The notes beneath the pieces are model-generated. The model saw nothing but the letters and a program-made list of their open reading frames with translations. It searched no databases and was not told the DNA's origin. The translations under genes were made by a program, and so were the position numbers. From Caedibacter taeniospiralis (GTDB lineage: Bacteria; Pseudomonadota; Gammaproteobacteria; Francisellales; Francisellaceae), in the NCBI RefSeq assembly GCF_002803295.2, contig NZ_PGGB02000001.1, positions 119,602-128,485 on the forward strand: a stretch of DNA of 8,884 nucleotides, written 5' to 3'. This document shows positions 8,097 to 8,884 of the stretch, in pieces; position 1 is the first letter of the stretch; every line of letters begins with the position of its first letter.

Positions 8097-8293
8097 TTTT
8101 TGTTTCCACTCCTTTTGCACAGCGCATCAGAAGAATCATATTAGCAATATTCTAAAGCATGAGGAATCACAAGGTATAAAAAAAATAGATGTCATTGAAA
8201 AGTCTGATTATCCCATTTGATTTTACAAGATTTATGCTAAGCTGTTTCCTCCTAATAACTTCACCAACAAAGAGATATGGGCTGGCGTATAAA

Positions 8294-8884
8294 ATGTTAA
8301 TAGCTGCATTGTTAAGTTTATTGTTGCTGCAAATGCTGGGACTCATGTTACCAGGTCCTGATTTTTTTATGGTCCTTAGAGCATCCATTCGATATGGACG
8401 AAACCCCGCGGCACTTGTGGCTCTTGGCATTGCCAGTGGCGTTCTGGTTTATGCAACCCTTGTTGTACTTCTCCTGGATTATTTGAGTGACAACTTTTTA
8501 GTGGTGGTGCACTGGATTGCGCTGTTTGGTGGTTGCTATCTGCTTTATATTGCCTATCACTGCTTTCGTGCATCAAAGGGGAAACATTCGTTAGAGGAAG
8601 CTCAAGGTGGCGAAGTAAAGATTTCAAAGCGTCATCTGTGGAGCTTGGGTCTTTTTTGTAATTTATCCAATCCCAAAGTCATCGTCTTCTTTGTCAGTCT
8701 GTTGCCACTATTTGTGTTAAAGTCATCGGCACTTTGGTATCACCTGACCATTTTAGCTGTGATGTTTTTAAGCACGCTTATATGGTTTAGTTTCGTAGCT
8801 TATGTAATGGGTTCAGGGCGTGTGCGTGCTGTTTTTGTTAAGCATATGGCACAACTTGAGATCGTTTTTGCCGTAATTTTGACT
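8294..8884 (+). CDS. LysE/RhtB-family amino-acid exporter, truncated by the right edge
   Basis: Open frame from ATG 8294 to the window end (197 codons, no stop): MLIAALLSLLLLQMLGLMLPGPDFFMVLRASIRYGRNPAALVALGIASGVLVYATLVVLLLDY...FCNLSNPKVIVFFVSLLPLF... The PGPDFFMVLRxSxRxGRxxA and NPKVxxFFxSLLPLF motifs are typical of LysE/RhtB. Not in the supplied ORF track. Confidence 0.9.
   Translation, partial: MLIAALLSLLLLQMLGLMLPGPDFFMVLRASIRYGRNPAALVALGIASGVLVYATLVVLLLDYLSDNFLVVVHWIALFGGCYLLYIAYHCFRASKGKHSLEEAQGGEVKISKRHLWSLGLFCNLSNPKVIVFFVSLLPLFVLKSSALWYHLTILAVMFLSTLIWFSFVAYVMGSGRVRAVFVKHMAQLEIVFAVILT

Noticed and set aside
8133-8152. Imperfect AT-rich symmetry GAATcatATTagcAATATTC upstream of metN as a possible methionine operator
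   Set aside because: Arms need a 3-nt interruption, it does not resemble the MetJ-box consensus AGACGTCT, and such symmetry is common in AT-rich DNA.
8167-8627. Two minus-strand ORFs (8167..8430 and 8376..8627) at the right end
   Set aside because: Antisense to the clear LysE/RhtB coding sequence beginning at 8294. Neither resembles a known protein.

Overview
This 8.9 kb window looks like ordinary chromosome from a gammaproteobacterium. The gene set and the fused MetI-MetQ protein suggest a relative of the Francisella/Fastidiosibacter group, which is inference only. Most genes are on the minus strand. In order: the 3' end of a probable PD-(D/E)XK/AAA-ATPase-like gene (+, cut by the left edge); a POT/PTR-family peptide:H+ symporter (-); a stand-alone AAA_14 + DUF4143 ATPase (-); an intergenic region with a strong 9-bp hairpin that may be a dispersed repeat; a kbl-tdh threonine-degradation operon (-); a metN-metIQ methionine ABC transporter operon (-), in which permease and substrate-binding protein are one polypeptide; and a divergent LysE/RhtB-family amino-acid exporter (+, cut by the right edge). 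The ORF track missed both edge genes. I see no defence system, CRISPR array, RNA gene, prophage or complete mobile element. The best leads are the MetI-MetQ fusion, a perfect 8-bp-arm palindrome over a candidate kbl -10 box, and the hairpin near 3030-3060.
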